Part shown: positions 1 through 10,555 of the stretch, one piece after another
Layout: every line of letters begins with the position of its first letter
How positions within the stretch are numbered: the stretch's first letter is position 1
DNA from: Vicugna vicugna
Taxonomy: Eukaryota
Length of the DNA stretch: 64,000 bases
Direction of reading: 5' to 3'
Assembly: GCA_013265495.1 (NCBI GenBank)
Contig: MU058844.1
Span: forward strand, 8,615,490 to 8,679,489
The notes under the pieces: generated by a model
Database searches by the model: none
Seen by the model: the letters and a program-made list of their open reading frames with translations, nothing else
Told to the model about the DNA's origin: nothing
Position numbers and translations under genes: made by a program

Positions 1-150
1 AGGAGGGCGGGTCGTGCCCCTGCCCAGCACCTCGGTCAGGGGCTGTGTTCCTGCCCGACAGGCGGGGGGCCGCTCTCCCCCTGCCTGCGCCGCCGGTAGC
101 TCGGGGAAGACCGAGGGGCAGCCTCGTCCCTGCTCCGAGCCAAGACCCAG
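1..150. promoter_or_regulatory. Edge of a CpG island / probable promoter-proximal GC-rich region
   Basis: GC-rich with many CpGs (gggcgggtcg, gcgccgccgg, ccgagg) and a GC-box GGGCGG at 5-10. Composition drops abruptly to AT-rich, CpG-depleted DNA after ~150. Confidence 0.7.
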
Positions 151-329
151 CTGCTTGTTTGTCTTTAGCCTGTTTTTATTTCCCTAGGAATTCATCTTTT
201 CGGTTCCTCCAAACATTCTCATATTGGTCTTAATCAGTTTTGCAAATTTATCAACACTCTCTGGTTGCAGATCGGAGGGTTAAAGATCAACTCCCTGCTA
301 GGTAACTCTTCTCTATACACTGATTCTTT

Positions 330-1470
330 TCTCACCTTCTTCTTAATACGGTTATGTCATAGTTTTGGTTACATCATTACTGTTCACATTTAAAAACAAA
401 GTAAGGACCTTTTCACTGCAGAGTCAAGAAGTAGTTACATACCCTTTCTCATGCAACTTTTTGATTTTCTTAGAATTAACACTTTTCTTATTTGCCTGAT
501 TTTCTGTGTTGTTATCCTTAAATTTTATCTCTGTACTTTACTGGAGCCTTTTAAAACACATCGATAGTGTTTTCCAAAATATCAACACATCAAATCACTA
601 TCAGCTTGTTGTTTTCATGGAGGCTAAACGCACAGCTGCCTTTTGGGACCTCTTTGCCCTCATCATGGGAATTCCGTTTACCTCTTTTGTTAGTTTCTCT
701 CTTTCCTAGGGGGCACATCCTCTACTAAGTTCCTAGGAAAAGGTTAGGGTAGAGAAATTTATTTTCAGTCTTTTACACTTGATTGATATTTACATGCATC
801 TGGATTTCCAGATTAAAAATTATTTTCCCTCAGAATGCTGAAAGCATTACCACAAATATTTTTCTGATGTCATTAAAGTCCAGTGAAAAAAATCATTTTT
901 ATGCCTTCTTGAGTCACCCGTTTTAACTTTTCAAGCATTTTTAGAATCCTTGTTCCATCCCTGATATTCTGTTATAATGATGTATTTTGGCATAGATTAT
1001 TTGTACTTTATGAGTCCATTTAATTAGGTAATTTGGGTACTTCAGTTCTGGATAAATTTATTAGTTAGTATTTGGGTTTTTTGATAAGCTACTTTTTAAG
1101 GATTTTTTCTATTCCCCATTTCTGGTGTTTCTTTTATCTGATGTTCAACCACTATGATCCATAATTTTTTCATCCTTTCTTCTTCTATTTTCCTTCACTT
1201 TGCTTTCTGGGAAATATTCTTAGCATGATTTTCGAGTTGTTATTTTGATTTTTTGAAATCTCAGATACACACATATACAATTATATATGTATAATTGGAG
1301 GTTTTCCCTGTACTTTGTTTCTTCATCATACCATCCTGTTCTTTCTTTAAGGATGTATTATTTTCTGTTATCTCTCTGAGGATGTTAGGTTTTGTTTAAT
1401 AAATCATTTTCTGTTTTTTGTACTGTCTCCACTCTTTCATGTTTTTTCCTTACGTTTATTTTGGACTTTT
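330..1470 (-). mobile_element. Old L1M/HAL1-type LINE fragment
   Basis: T-rich plus strand with typical antisense old-L1 ORF1-region text (ttttacacttgattgata...aaattattttccctcagaatgctgaaagcatt). Boundaries approximate. Confidence 0.6.
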
Positions 1471-1582
1471 TCTTTCAGACCACTACTATTGAGACCCACA
1501 TAGTAACGTCAGTTTTTTAAGGAGAAACACCTATTTTGAGCAATTTGACACCCCCTTTTGTTACATATTCAGTAGGTTAACT

Positions 1583-2042
1583 CTGTGGCAGAGACTTTTC
1601 TCCAGAAACCAGAAGCCCCACATATCCCAGGCTCTGATCCCAGAGACCAGCCTTAGTACTGATGGCAAGCCATTCTGTCAAAGGGTTGCTAGACTTATAG
1701 AAGCACTGCAATCAGACACCTATCTGTCCAATGGAAAGTAAAAGGATCAATGGAGAGATAACAGAAACTTGCTTTCCATTTCAGGAACATGCTGGGATGA
1801 ATTAATTCTTTTTTTTTTTTGTCAGAGACAAACCTAATCTCTTACCATCCAGGAAAGAGGGAAACCATTTTGGTCATACTTATGGGAACTAGGCACTTCC
1901 AGAAAGGCCTTTCCAAAGGCCATGCAATTGATCAGTGAAGGCATAATTTCCTACCTGTGCCCCAATAGAGTCAATTAGGACCTGTCCTTGCCTGCATAGT
2001 CAGTACATTGTAGAAAAAAGGAATCAGACCAGTTTTACTTAA
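1583..2042 (+). mobile_element. Possible decayed Ty3/gypsy gag-like remnant
   Basis: One frame reads ~153 codons with only 2 internal stops and includes TIQERGKPFWSYLWELGTSRKAFP, loosely like the gypsy gag Q..GE....Y...L..LA.KAFP motif. Confidence 0.3.
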
Positions 2043-2054
2043 GGAACCACAGGT

Positions 2055-2265
2055 AGTTTAGTGTAGTCTAGCATGAGACTATTTGGATACTAAGCCACTG
2101 ATCAATAACTGTGATAACTTTAAAAAACATCAGTTTTCCCATCTATAAAATGAGGACAATAATACTAGTTTATAGGATTGTCATGAGGGTTAAATAAGAA
2201 CCTACTTAGAGTTTCTTACAGAGTGCCTGGTCCATCACAAAAGTACAATTACTGAGTCTTATTAT
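2055..2265 (+). mobile_element. MIR SINE
   Basis: MIR core cagttttcccatctataaaatgaggacaataata...ggattgtcatgagggttaaataaga...acagagtgcctgg. Confidence 0.8.
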
Positions 2266-3327
2266 ACATACTAGAGCCTAGGAATGGAGGAGAGGAGTGA
2301 TTCTAAGTTAAGCAGAGAATCTGTCACTTAACTTGTACTTCAGTTCGGTCCCAGAGGACTCAAGCTATCATAAAGGTGGCTCTAGGTCAAGGAAGCAGTG
2401 CTTGGAGGTTATGAAGCAATAGAAGACTGGCCGAGTGTTTTCCTCAGTGATTAGCAATGCTTTGGATGAGACAGGATTTAGCGTTATGAGTTTTCTAGAC
2501 ATAGGCACTGAGAGCCACTGTTGAGGCAGAAGCAGGCAGCAGCAGTAGAGATTTCTTCACTCTTGACAGTAACAGGAGATGTCACCACAATGTGTCAGAG
2601 CCGAAAGGGAGAAAAATCTAGAATTCTTCAGGCTTGCTAAGAGGACTAGTCCATGGAGCATAGAAGAGCTATCCCATGGGGATTCTAAGCTCTATATGAG
2701 AGGCATGTTAATGCTAGTGGTGGTGGTGGTGACAGTGGGGGTTATTATAATCTAGAAGGACAGGTTTGCGTGCAGGCAGGAAAACACTGTGGTTCTTTGT
2801 GATCCTGTTTTTTTGTTTCATTTTGATTTTTGTTTCTTTCACTCCCACGATGAGGTGATTTGGTTTATGAGGATTATAATTAAAGTAGATTGTTGCTGCT
2901 ACTCGAAGTCAGTTTGGAGGAACTCAGCTGAATTTCTTTCTTTCTCTCAAGTATTCCACAATCTCTGTAAGGCATTTCTGAAGTCGTCTTTGTCTCTGGT
3001 GTGAATTGCCTCATTTTCAAAGACCTCAGATCCCCATGTCTTCGTGCATTATTTCCATAGACCTTTGGAATTTGTTATGAGGTCAATACAGATATTTGAA
3101 AGTCAAATATTATGTAAAGATGCAGGAAGGTGTAACTTGTGCTGTTTTGTCTAAGGGGTCCAGGACCTTGGTTTCTGGCCCAGTGGTTTGATATGCTAAG
3201 CTTGAACTTATATCCCTCCTCTAATATTGCTCAACTTGTACATTCTTACTGTCCAAGAAATGGTTACATGTTTGGCAACTATTTTCTTTTCTTCTTCACT
3301 AAAATAAAAAATAACTATTTCACAGAA

Positions 3328-3473
3328 GGGGAGGGTGTATAGCTCAGTGGTAGAGTGCGTGCTTAATATGCATGAGGTTCAATTCCCCATACATCCATTA
3401 AAAAAGACAAAATCAAAACTAATTACCTCTTCCTCCCACCCAGTTTTTTTTTAAAAGCCAAAAGAAAAAAAAA
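3328..3473 (+). mobile_element. Camelid-type tRNA-derived SINE (Vic-1-like) with TSD
   Basis: Head ggggagggtgtatagctcagtggtagagtgcgtgcttaatatgcatgagg with A box, B-box-like ggttcaattccc, and A-rich tail. TSD aactatttcaca at 3313-3324 and 3474-3485. Confidence 0.88.
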
Positions 3474-3699
3474 AACTATTTCACAAGAGAATTTTGATAA
3501 TATAATGATGGCATAAAAATGTAAGAATCATGTTAAATTTTCACTTTTATATTTTCTTTCTAACCAATTATTACCACTTACTACCAATTTGTTGTCTATT
3601 ACTACCAATTCTAATTTTGCAATAGAGTTCAGTTTTTTCCTGCTACCATAACCTTTGCTGTATTCAGATTCTTTTGCATTATTGCAGCAAAGTCCTCAG

Positions 3700-4388
3700 G
3701 TGTCTCCTTGCTCCCAGTGTCTCCCTTTTTCAGTCTCTACCACACAGTCGTCAAGTAGCATTCCTACTAAAGCTAATCAACATTTAACATTTATAGTGTC
3801 ATACAGAACAGAGTCCAAATACTTTAGTGTGTCATTTAAAACCCTTAGCAAGTGGAACTCAATGGGACTTCTTGTGTTTGTTTTCCACCTTAACGGAGAC
3901 ACTGGGGATTGAACCCAGGACCTCGTGCATGCCAAGCATGTGCTCTACCACTGAGCTATACCTACCCCCACCAGATTGGACTTTTAAATATAGTTTCTCA
4001 CATTCATCTTTCCTTTTTCTCTCCTTCACTTGCTAATAACTTTTCAGATTACCACCGAAACATAGTGAAAATAATTTACTCTCTTGGACTACAGGATCTT
4101 TGATATATGTGTTAATAATCTATGTATCTTTCAAGGATGAGCTCAGATGATCTGCCTTGTGAGAATTAGTCTCCCCTGCAGCTATGCTGTATTTCCTATG
4201 CCACAGGATGCCATGTTTTAGATGTTATGGGTTAGAGTTGTGCCGGCTGGTTCTCCTATCTGTTTCACTGGAAAGTGAATCTCTTGAGGGCAGGGACAAT
4301 ATTTTTTGTATCTCATACAGCCCACCACGTCTAGCAGAATAGTTTAAAAAATCTCACAGTAAATGCTTATTGAGTTAAATTAATTGTA
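3700..4388 (+). mobile_element. L2 LINE 3' fragment (interrupted by the SINE)
   Basis: L2 terminus gtgaatctcttgagggcagggac...tctagcagaatagt...cagtaaatgcttattgagttaaat. Confidence 0.65.
3870..3970 (-). mobile_element. Camelid-type tRNA-derived SINE
   Basis: ctggggattgaacccaggacctcgtgcatgccaagcatgtgctctaccactgagctatac is the reverse complement of the same SINE head. Confidence 0.88.
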
Positions 4389-5159
4389 TTGATTTGAGTC
4401 ACTTTTCCATCTTAGGTTTCCCAAAAGACATCGTAATATTTTTAAGTTCATAAGAAATGCAATTTACAAAGGCATTTCTCATCACCTTTGCTACATTCAC
4501 TCTCTAAAGATGAAGTTCTGCAAAACAAGCTACAATTCTAAAGTCATGGAACGACCACTGAACAGGATTAATTCAGAAATTTTATAATCCAAAATTTGAA
4601 ATAGCATAGACTTAATTATGCAACAAAAATGTGTTGAGAACTTCGTGTGTATAAAGAATGCCTTGAATCTGTAAGAATCTGTAAATTTGTTATCATGCCT
4701 TGGATAGTGAAAAAGAAAATAGGATGGGAAAGAGGTTGCTTCTCTTATCCTATAAAAATCTAATGGTTTCTAGTTCCCTCTGCATAAAATAGCCAGAAAT
4801 TATGTAGGGTGAAAAAATTCAAAATAATAATATGAGGTTCTAAGGTCAAGGCATATGTTTCTTATCAGGAAATCTCATTTGAACTCAAATGGCTTTAAAA
4901 ATTCTGGTTCTAAAAGTAATGCATGCTCATTCCCAAGATTTTGGAAAACAAAGAAAAAGTATAAAAGTGACAATACAAAACACTCATTAGCCCATTGCTC
5001 AGAAATATATGCAGCTAACATTTTGAATTTCTTTGCTGCGGATATGTGTTAACCCATTTGGGATCACAGAGTATCTGAATTCTGATATTTTTGAAATAAA
5101 TTAAATTTCCCCCAAAGGAATTTTCTATGTCTTCAAAGATTTTTCAAAATTAAATAATT

Positions 5160-5310
5160 AACTTGATTTATTCCACACACATAGATTAAACATCTATTAT
5201 ATGCCAGGTGTTGTATATTTGATGCTGAAGATTCACTGGTGAAGAGGACCTGAGGTCACTGCTTTCACAGGTCTACTCGTCTGGTGGAAGAGATGGGAAT
5301 TATCTGGCAA
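5160..5310 (-). mobile_element. L2 3' end
   Basis: atttattcca...aaacatctattatatgccaggtgttgt...gatgctgaagattcactggtgaag is the antisense L2 tail. Confidence 0.65.
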
Positions 5311-6526
5311 TTAACTGAGGAATCTTTAGATCTTTAGTCACAGGACCTCCTTAATAGCTCTTTTTGAGAGGTGACCTCAGGGGCTTATGAAAATACAGCT
5401 GCCACCATTAATTCACTAGCAGTCTCTCAAGTTCTTTTCCTTTTATTCACACCAAGCCTCTCACAGTTTTCCGACAGTAGACACCTGGATCATAGACTGT
5501 CGGAAATTTACAGACTGGTATCTGGAGGCCATTTTACAGTTCTCTCCTACAGCTCTTTCCGGGGTGTTTTACTTGAGTTGCTGAGGGGGTTGTGCCACAG
5601 GAATTACCCCTTTTGTTCCCTCAAATAGTGTCTTCTATTTAAGTGCTGAGAAAGAGAAAGAGAGAGATCTCCCGCTACTTTACCATCGCTTATCATCTAG
5701 TTTAAAGCACTTTACTCTACCTGGCATGTAGTTGATCTCCCATAGATGTGACTTCTTCAAATGCAAGTGTTACTGCATTACTGTGGTGTGTGCCAATAAT
5801 AGACATAGTTGCATTTGACTTTCTCTGTAATATTCAAGCATAATCTTTTTAACTCACTGAATACATGTAGGGCTATAGGCTAGTCACAATGCTGCTTTTC
5901 TTATTTTTAATTTTTTGAGGATTCTGATGACATTTTTGCCATGTGTACCTCTACCTACGTGCTTTGAATTGGCATGTAAGAACCTATGTGCTTTGAATTA
6001 GTATTTGTTTTAGGCCTAAGGAATGTAAACTCAAAAACGAAATCAAATCTCAAAAAACTCAAAATCAAATATATACCACATATAGAAAATTAAAATGTCC
6101 AAAATAGTCCCTAGTTCTCTATATTTAACTGAATGGAAAAAAACCCACCTCTCCCATTCTTTCACTACTGAAATCACTTTCCATCCTCAGTCTAATTTTC
6201 TGACATACTTTGCCATGATTTCTCAAAAAAAAGGGACCCAAAGAGAAGGGAGTACGACTTCTTAAGCTGTCTGGCTTTGGCTCTCCTGCTTGTTCTTAAA
6301 TGTGTAACAATCCAACAAGAGCCTTCATAAAAGTGTCAAGTTTTTCCTTCCATGGCCTTGACCATGTAGGCACTTTGAAAACCAGGCATTCCGAAGACCA
6401 GGTGAAGAATCTGGTCTTTACCATATTCCTTTCCTGGGGCACTTACTTTTTCATTCCAGACTGATATGTGCCCCCTGGGCTGCTTTAGCATTATAGGAGG
6501 TTTCTCTCTTTCAGTACTTTCTCATG

Positions 6527-7014
6527 GTATATAGTTTCCTATTGCTGCTACAAAAAATTACCACCATTTAGTGGCTTAAACAACACAGATTTATTCTGCA
6601 GGATAGACGTTCCATGCTGATCTCACTGGGTGAAAATCAGTGTCTACAGAGTTATGTTCCTTTCCAGAGGTTCTAGGATAAATCTGTTTCCTGGTCCTTT
6701 CCAGCTTCTAAAAGCTGCCCCAAATTTTTGGATTGAGGCCTTCTCCTCCATCTTTGAATCTCTTCATACCTTTTTTCTGTAGTTACTTCTGACTGACGCT
6801 CCTTTTTTGCCTTCCTCTTCTACTTTCAAGGTCCCCTGTGATTACATTGGGTTTACTTGGGTAATCCAGGATAATCTCCCTATTTTAAGGTCAGTGTATT
6901 AGCAATCTTCATTCATTTCCAACCTTAATTCCTCTTGCCATGTGACCTAATAGACTCACAGGTTCTGGGATTAGGACATGGATGTTTTTGGGGAGTCATT
7001 ATTCTGTTACCATA
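6527..7014 (-). mobile_element. MaLR solo LTR (MLT1D-like)
   Basis: tagtttcctattgctgctac...agtggcttaaacaacacagatttatt...gattacattggg...atccaggataatctccc...ctgggattaggacatggat...attattctgttaccata. Confidence 0.85.
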
Positions 7015-7964
7015 ATTGGGTATTGTAATCATGTATTTACTTGTCTCTATGTTTCCTGAGAACATGAAGTCTTTGGAAGTGGGGTGTGGGTTCTACTCAT
7101 CCTCTCATCTCTGTCCCAAAGTACCTGGCCATAGTATTTGTCAGTAAATAGTTGTTGAGAAACACGAAGTGTTATCTTGTAAAGAAAAACAAAAGATGTA
7201 AATAAGTAAGGAGTAGCGTAAGACTCGCCAAGGGAGGTGTCAGACGTATGTCATCTTGTAACAAGTGTGACTTTATTCTAGTTTCATTTCAAATGCCTTT
7301 TTTAAAAGTTTAGATTTATAAAATAGATGAGTGGAAATTAAATGTTACAAACTCTGGGAAGCATTCCATAATGTATCATTTTAGAAAGAAAATCAATATA
7401 CGCTTAGGTTATTATAACTACTAAATAGGTAATCCAACAAAAGCAATTTCCTAACCTTTAAAGAGGAGAAAAAGTGATTTAGGAAATAGATTTTATATTT
7501 TAAAGTTACTTGCTGTGGCCTTTAAGAATCTTCTCATCTGTCACTCTGCCAGGTTCAACCTTCTTACACCTGTAGATCTCAGGGAATGGGGAAAGATTTC
7601 TTCATCTTTATCTGGGGGTTTCAAAATGTATGTGCTGGAGGAAATTACAATGGTGACTTTAGCTCTCAGACTTAGTAAATCTTGAATCTGTCAAATGTGT
7701 GACTATACTTCAGAAAATTGGAAAATTCAAAAAGGAAAGATGAAAAAAATAAACTCTAGGAACACTTCAACAGTGTAATCCTGGCAAAGCTCAAAGAAAG
7801 AAGGAGGGATTCAAATTTCAATGCTTGCTTCTTCCTCAATAATAGTATTATGGAATCCACAAATTTCAACATTTTTCTCATTACAAATGGAGGAATCAGT
7901 CATATGAGGACACCCAAAATGAGTTTCACCAAGTACTCTTCTCTGGGTTAGACCTCATTTGCTC

Positions 7965-8200
7965 AGGCAGAGGGGAAGAAGGGTTGAGACTGTGGCTCTA
8001 GAGCGAGACTGTGATCTACTTTTAATTCTATCATTTTCTATTTGTGTGACCTTGGGCGAACCAATTTTTATTTGTTTGTCTCAATTTCTTTATCTATAAA
8101 GCGAGGACAATAGCACCTTCCTGATAGGTTATTTTGAGGATTAAATGTGCTAATATATCTAAGGTATATAATAGTGCCTCATTCACGACATGCTCTCTGT
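7965..8200 (+). mobile_element. MIR SINE
   Basis: tgtgtgaccttgggcgaa...tctcaatttctttatctataaagcgaggacaatagcacc...gaggattaaatg. Confidence 0.78.
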
Positions 8201-8355
8201 TACTACCTGAAAGACTAGTCAAAGGAGAGGTATCAATGTGTCTGCTCTGTGTCTTACATGCAGACAAAATAGTACCATACCTCAGCGCTATAGTTCAGGC
8301 TGCTGGCTAACAGTCCACAATGCAGTAATACAGCACAGTAGGATCACTCACTTAC

Positions 8356-8487
8356 CTTCGTCATATAAAGGGGTTTTACAGTATAATCCTTTATTTACCC
8401 TAAAACATTCCTTTTTGTAATACAATAGATTGGTACCAAATAATTCCATGCACACACAGACTAAACTCACTAATGCCAAATATGAAC
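8356..8487 (-). other. Candidate exon (132 bp, stop-free, phase 1-1), unconfirmed
   Basis: Minus strand ttttaatttag|GTTCA...GACGAAG|gtaagtgag. Translates to SYLALVSLVCVCMELFGTNLLYYKKECFRVNKGLYCKTPLYDE, which I do not recognise as any protein. Confidence 0.2.
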
Positions 8488-10107
8488 CTAAATTAAAATT
8501 TAATATGCTTGCCTTATTCAAAAAATTTCCTTTGATTTAAAAGAGATGCAAAAAGAATTGCTAGTTACATGACATCTGGCTAGAAGCGCCCAGTGCAACT
8601 TTTCCCTACCTCTCTATAAAAACTTATACAGACAGAAATGAAAAATGAAAATTTTCAATACTGCAGACAAAAACCATAGCCAAATGACAGCCTCTAGATA
8701 TCCTGAGGTAGATGAAGTAAGTTGAGCAAAAATTATTAGTTTCACTTTTTCACAAGCACAAGAAAAAAATGAGAAAAAGGATTATAGGTACTTTGCATAA
8801 ACATGTCCATACAAGTATTTCATGTACATATTTACATATAAATGTACAAATATACACATATGATAACAGATGCATACAACAGGTGGCTTTTAAAGAGCAT
8901 TTGGAAAACCAGAACAATTTATTTTGCTCAATCCCAAATAACATATGAAAAATTCAGTACTGCATTTGCCATTCATAGTTTTGCGGCTGAGAATTTTTAG
9001 TTGCAATTTCTAAATAGTTGCTTCCAATTGTTCAGTGGGTGGTGTTTAAGTGTTTAACTACAAGCTTTCCAATCAACTCAACAAGCAATCAATTTGTGAC
9101 CCTATAGCTTAGCATAGAGCTTGCCACAGTGTAGATATTTAATTAATGTTTCCTGCTATGAAAGCCAAAAATCTAAGTTCTCCCTTAAACGAAAAAGGTA
9201 AGTATAAGGAGTTTTATAATCTTATTCAAGAATTCCAAGATAATTTGACTTTAAAATATGACACATCTCAAGACTCCTTACTAGAGGTATCTAGACTAAA
9301 ATACAGCAGAATAAATAAATATAGAAAAATATTCAGAATTTTCTTAATTATGTCATTATGGTGAATTATCAGAGTCATATTGCTAGATTTGTAAAAGCCA
9401 CACTTGTAACTTTTTGAAATGATATCAGAACTAGGTAATTTATACAAATTTACTAAAATTTCTAAAAAATATGCAATATGAAAGTTATGTTTTTAATTAG
9501 TCTTATAATCTAGGATGAATTCATGAAAGCACAATTGCCATGACCAACTAATTTGAATTCTGGCAATTTTGGGCTCCCCCTTTCCTACTCTTCCTTTAGT
9601 GTATCCATTATGTTTTACTCACCTTTTTGTTGTTTCCTGCCTTAATCCTATCATTCTAGTCCAGGGTCTTCAAACCTGAATTCTAATATCATTTGATCAA
9701 CACTTCAAGATCACAATATTTCATTTCTTCCTACTTACAGCTGACAAACTAATCTTTGTAATACTGTTTCTTTATTTTACTTTTATATTTGAAAGTCTTC
9801 CAGGGTTTCCTTTGTTTACCAAATAAAGTTCAAAGTCCTTGGTGACCTTTAAGTTCCCTGGTGACCTTTAAGATCCCTGTGATTTGGAACCAACAGATCT
9901 TTAATTCTTATTCTCACCAAACCTCCAGGCCACTAGGTTTGGTTTTCTCTCTGGTTTCCTAAATATGTCTCACTTGTGCTATGTTTCTTGCTTTCCTCTT
10001 CTTTACTCAATTTGAATCCTACTCATTTTCCAACTGGACTCAAGTCAAATAGTTAATTTACACTGCTACTTTTAACTCCTCTATTTCATTAACATTTTCA
10101 GTAGACA

Positions 10108-10555
10108 CTGTCAGTGCACCACATATATCTCCTCTGAGCTTATTATTTCAATACATGCCTACAGCATCCTAGTCCAAGAACCTTCAGTTCTTTGCCAGGG
10201 GTCTCTCTCTCAGTTCACACAGGGCAGAAATGAAGTCCTGGAGGAGGTGGTGGTTACCATTCCCAGAACCCACCCTTAGCCAATGTTGGATGGCAATTGG
10301 AGGATAAAGACTATGTTTTTCTCATCTCTCAGACGGAATAATTCTGAGTTGTAGTCTATCCTCCCTTAGAGTTCCCCAGTTGATTACAGTGGTAACTGGC
10401 CATGGGAACCCACTGGATAACATACCCTTTATTGGTGTCCCTTTTTTCCCCATTTCATGTCTCTACCTCCTTACCAGTGCTTCTTGTGATCACCCCTCAA
10501 AGGCACTATTTACTCTCAAATCCTTGTCTAGATGGGGGAACTCTAACCAAGAACA
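10108..10555 (+). mobile_element. ERVL solo LTR (LTR16A-like)
   Basis: tgtcagtgcacc...cccttagccaatg...tggaggataaa...gagttccccag...cagtggtaactgg...cttttattgg...ttaccagtgcttcttgtgatcacc...ctcaaatccttgtct...ggggaactctaaccaaga. Confidence 0.8.

Noticed and set aside
45..233. 62-aa ORF at the CpG island
   Set aside because: GTG start; GC-rich DNA is naturally stop-poor; no recognisable homology.
3328..3400. tRNA genes (also ~3895-3970 and ~30855-30929)
   Set aside because: The tRNA-like heads have A-rich tails, and two have TSDs. They are SINEs without a full cloverleaf.
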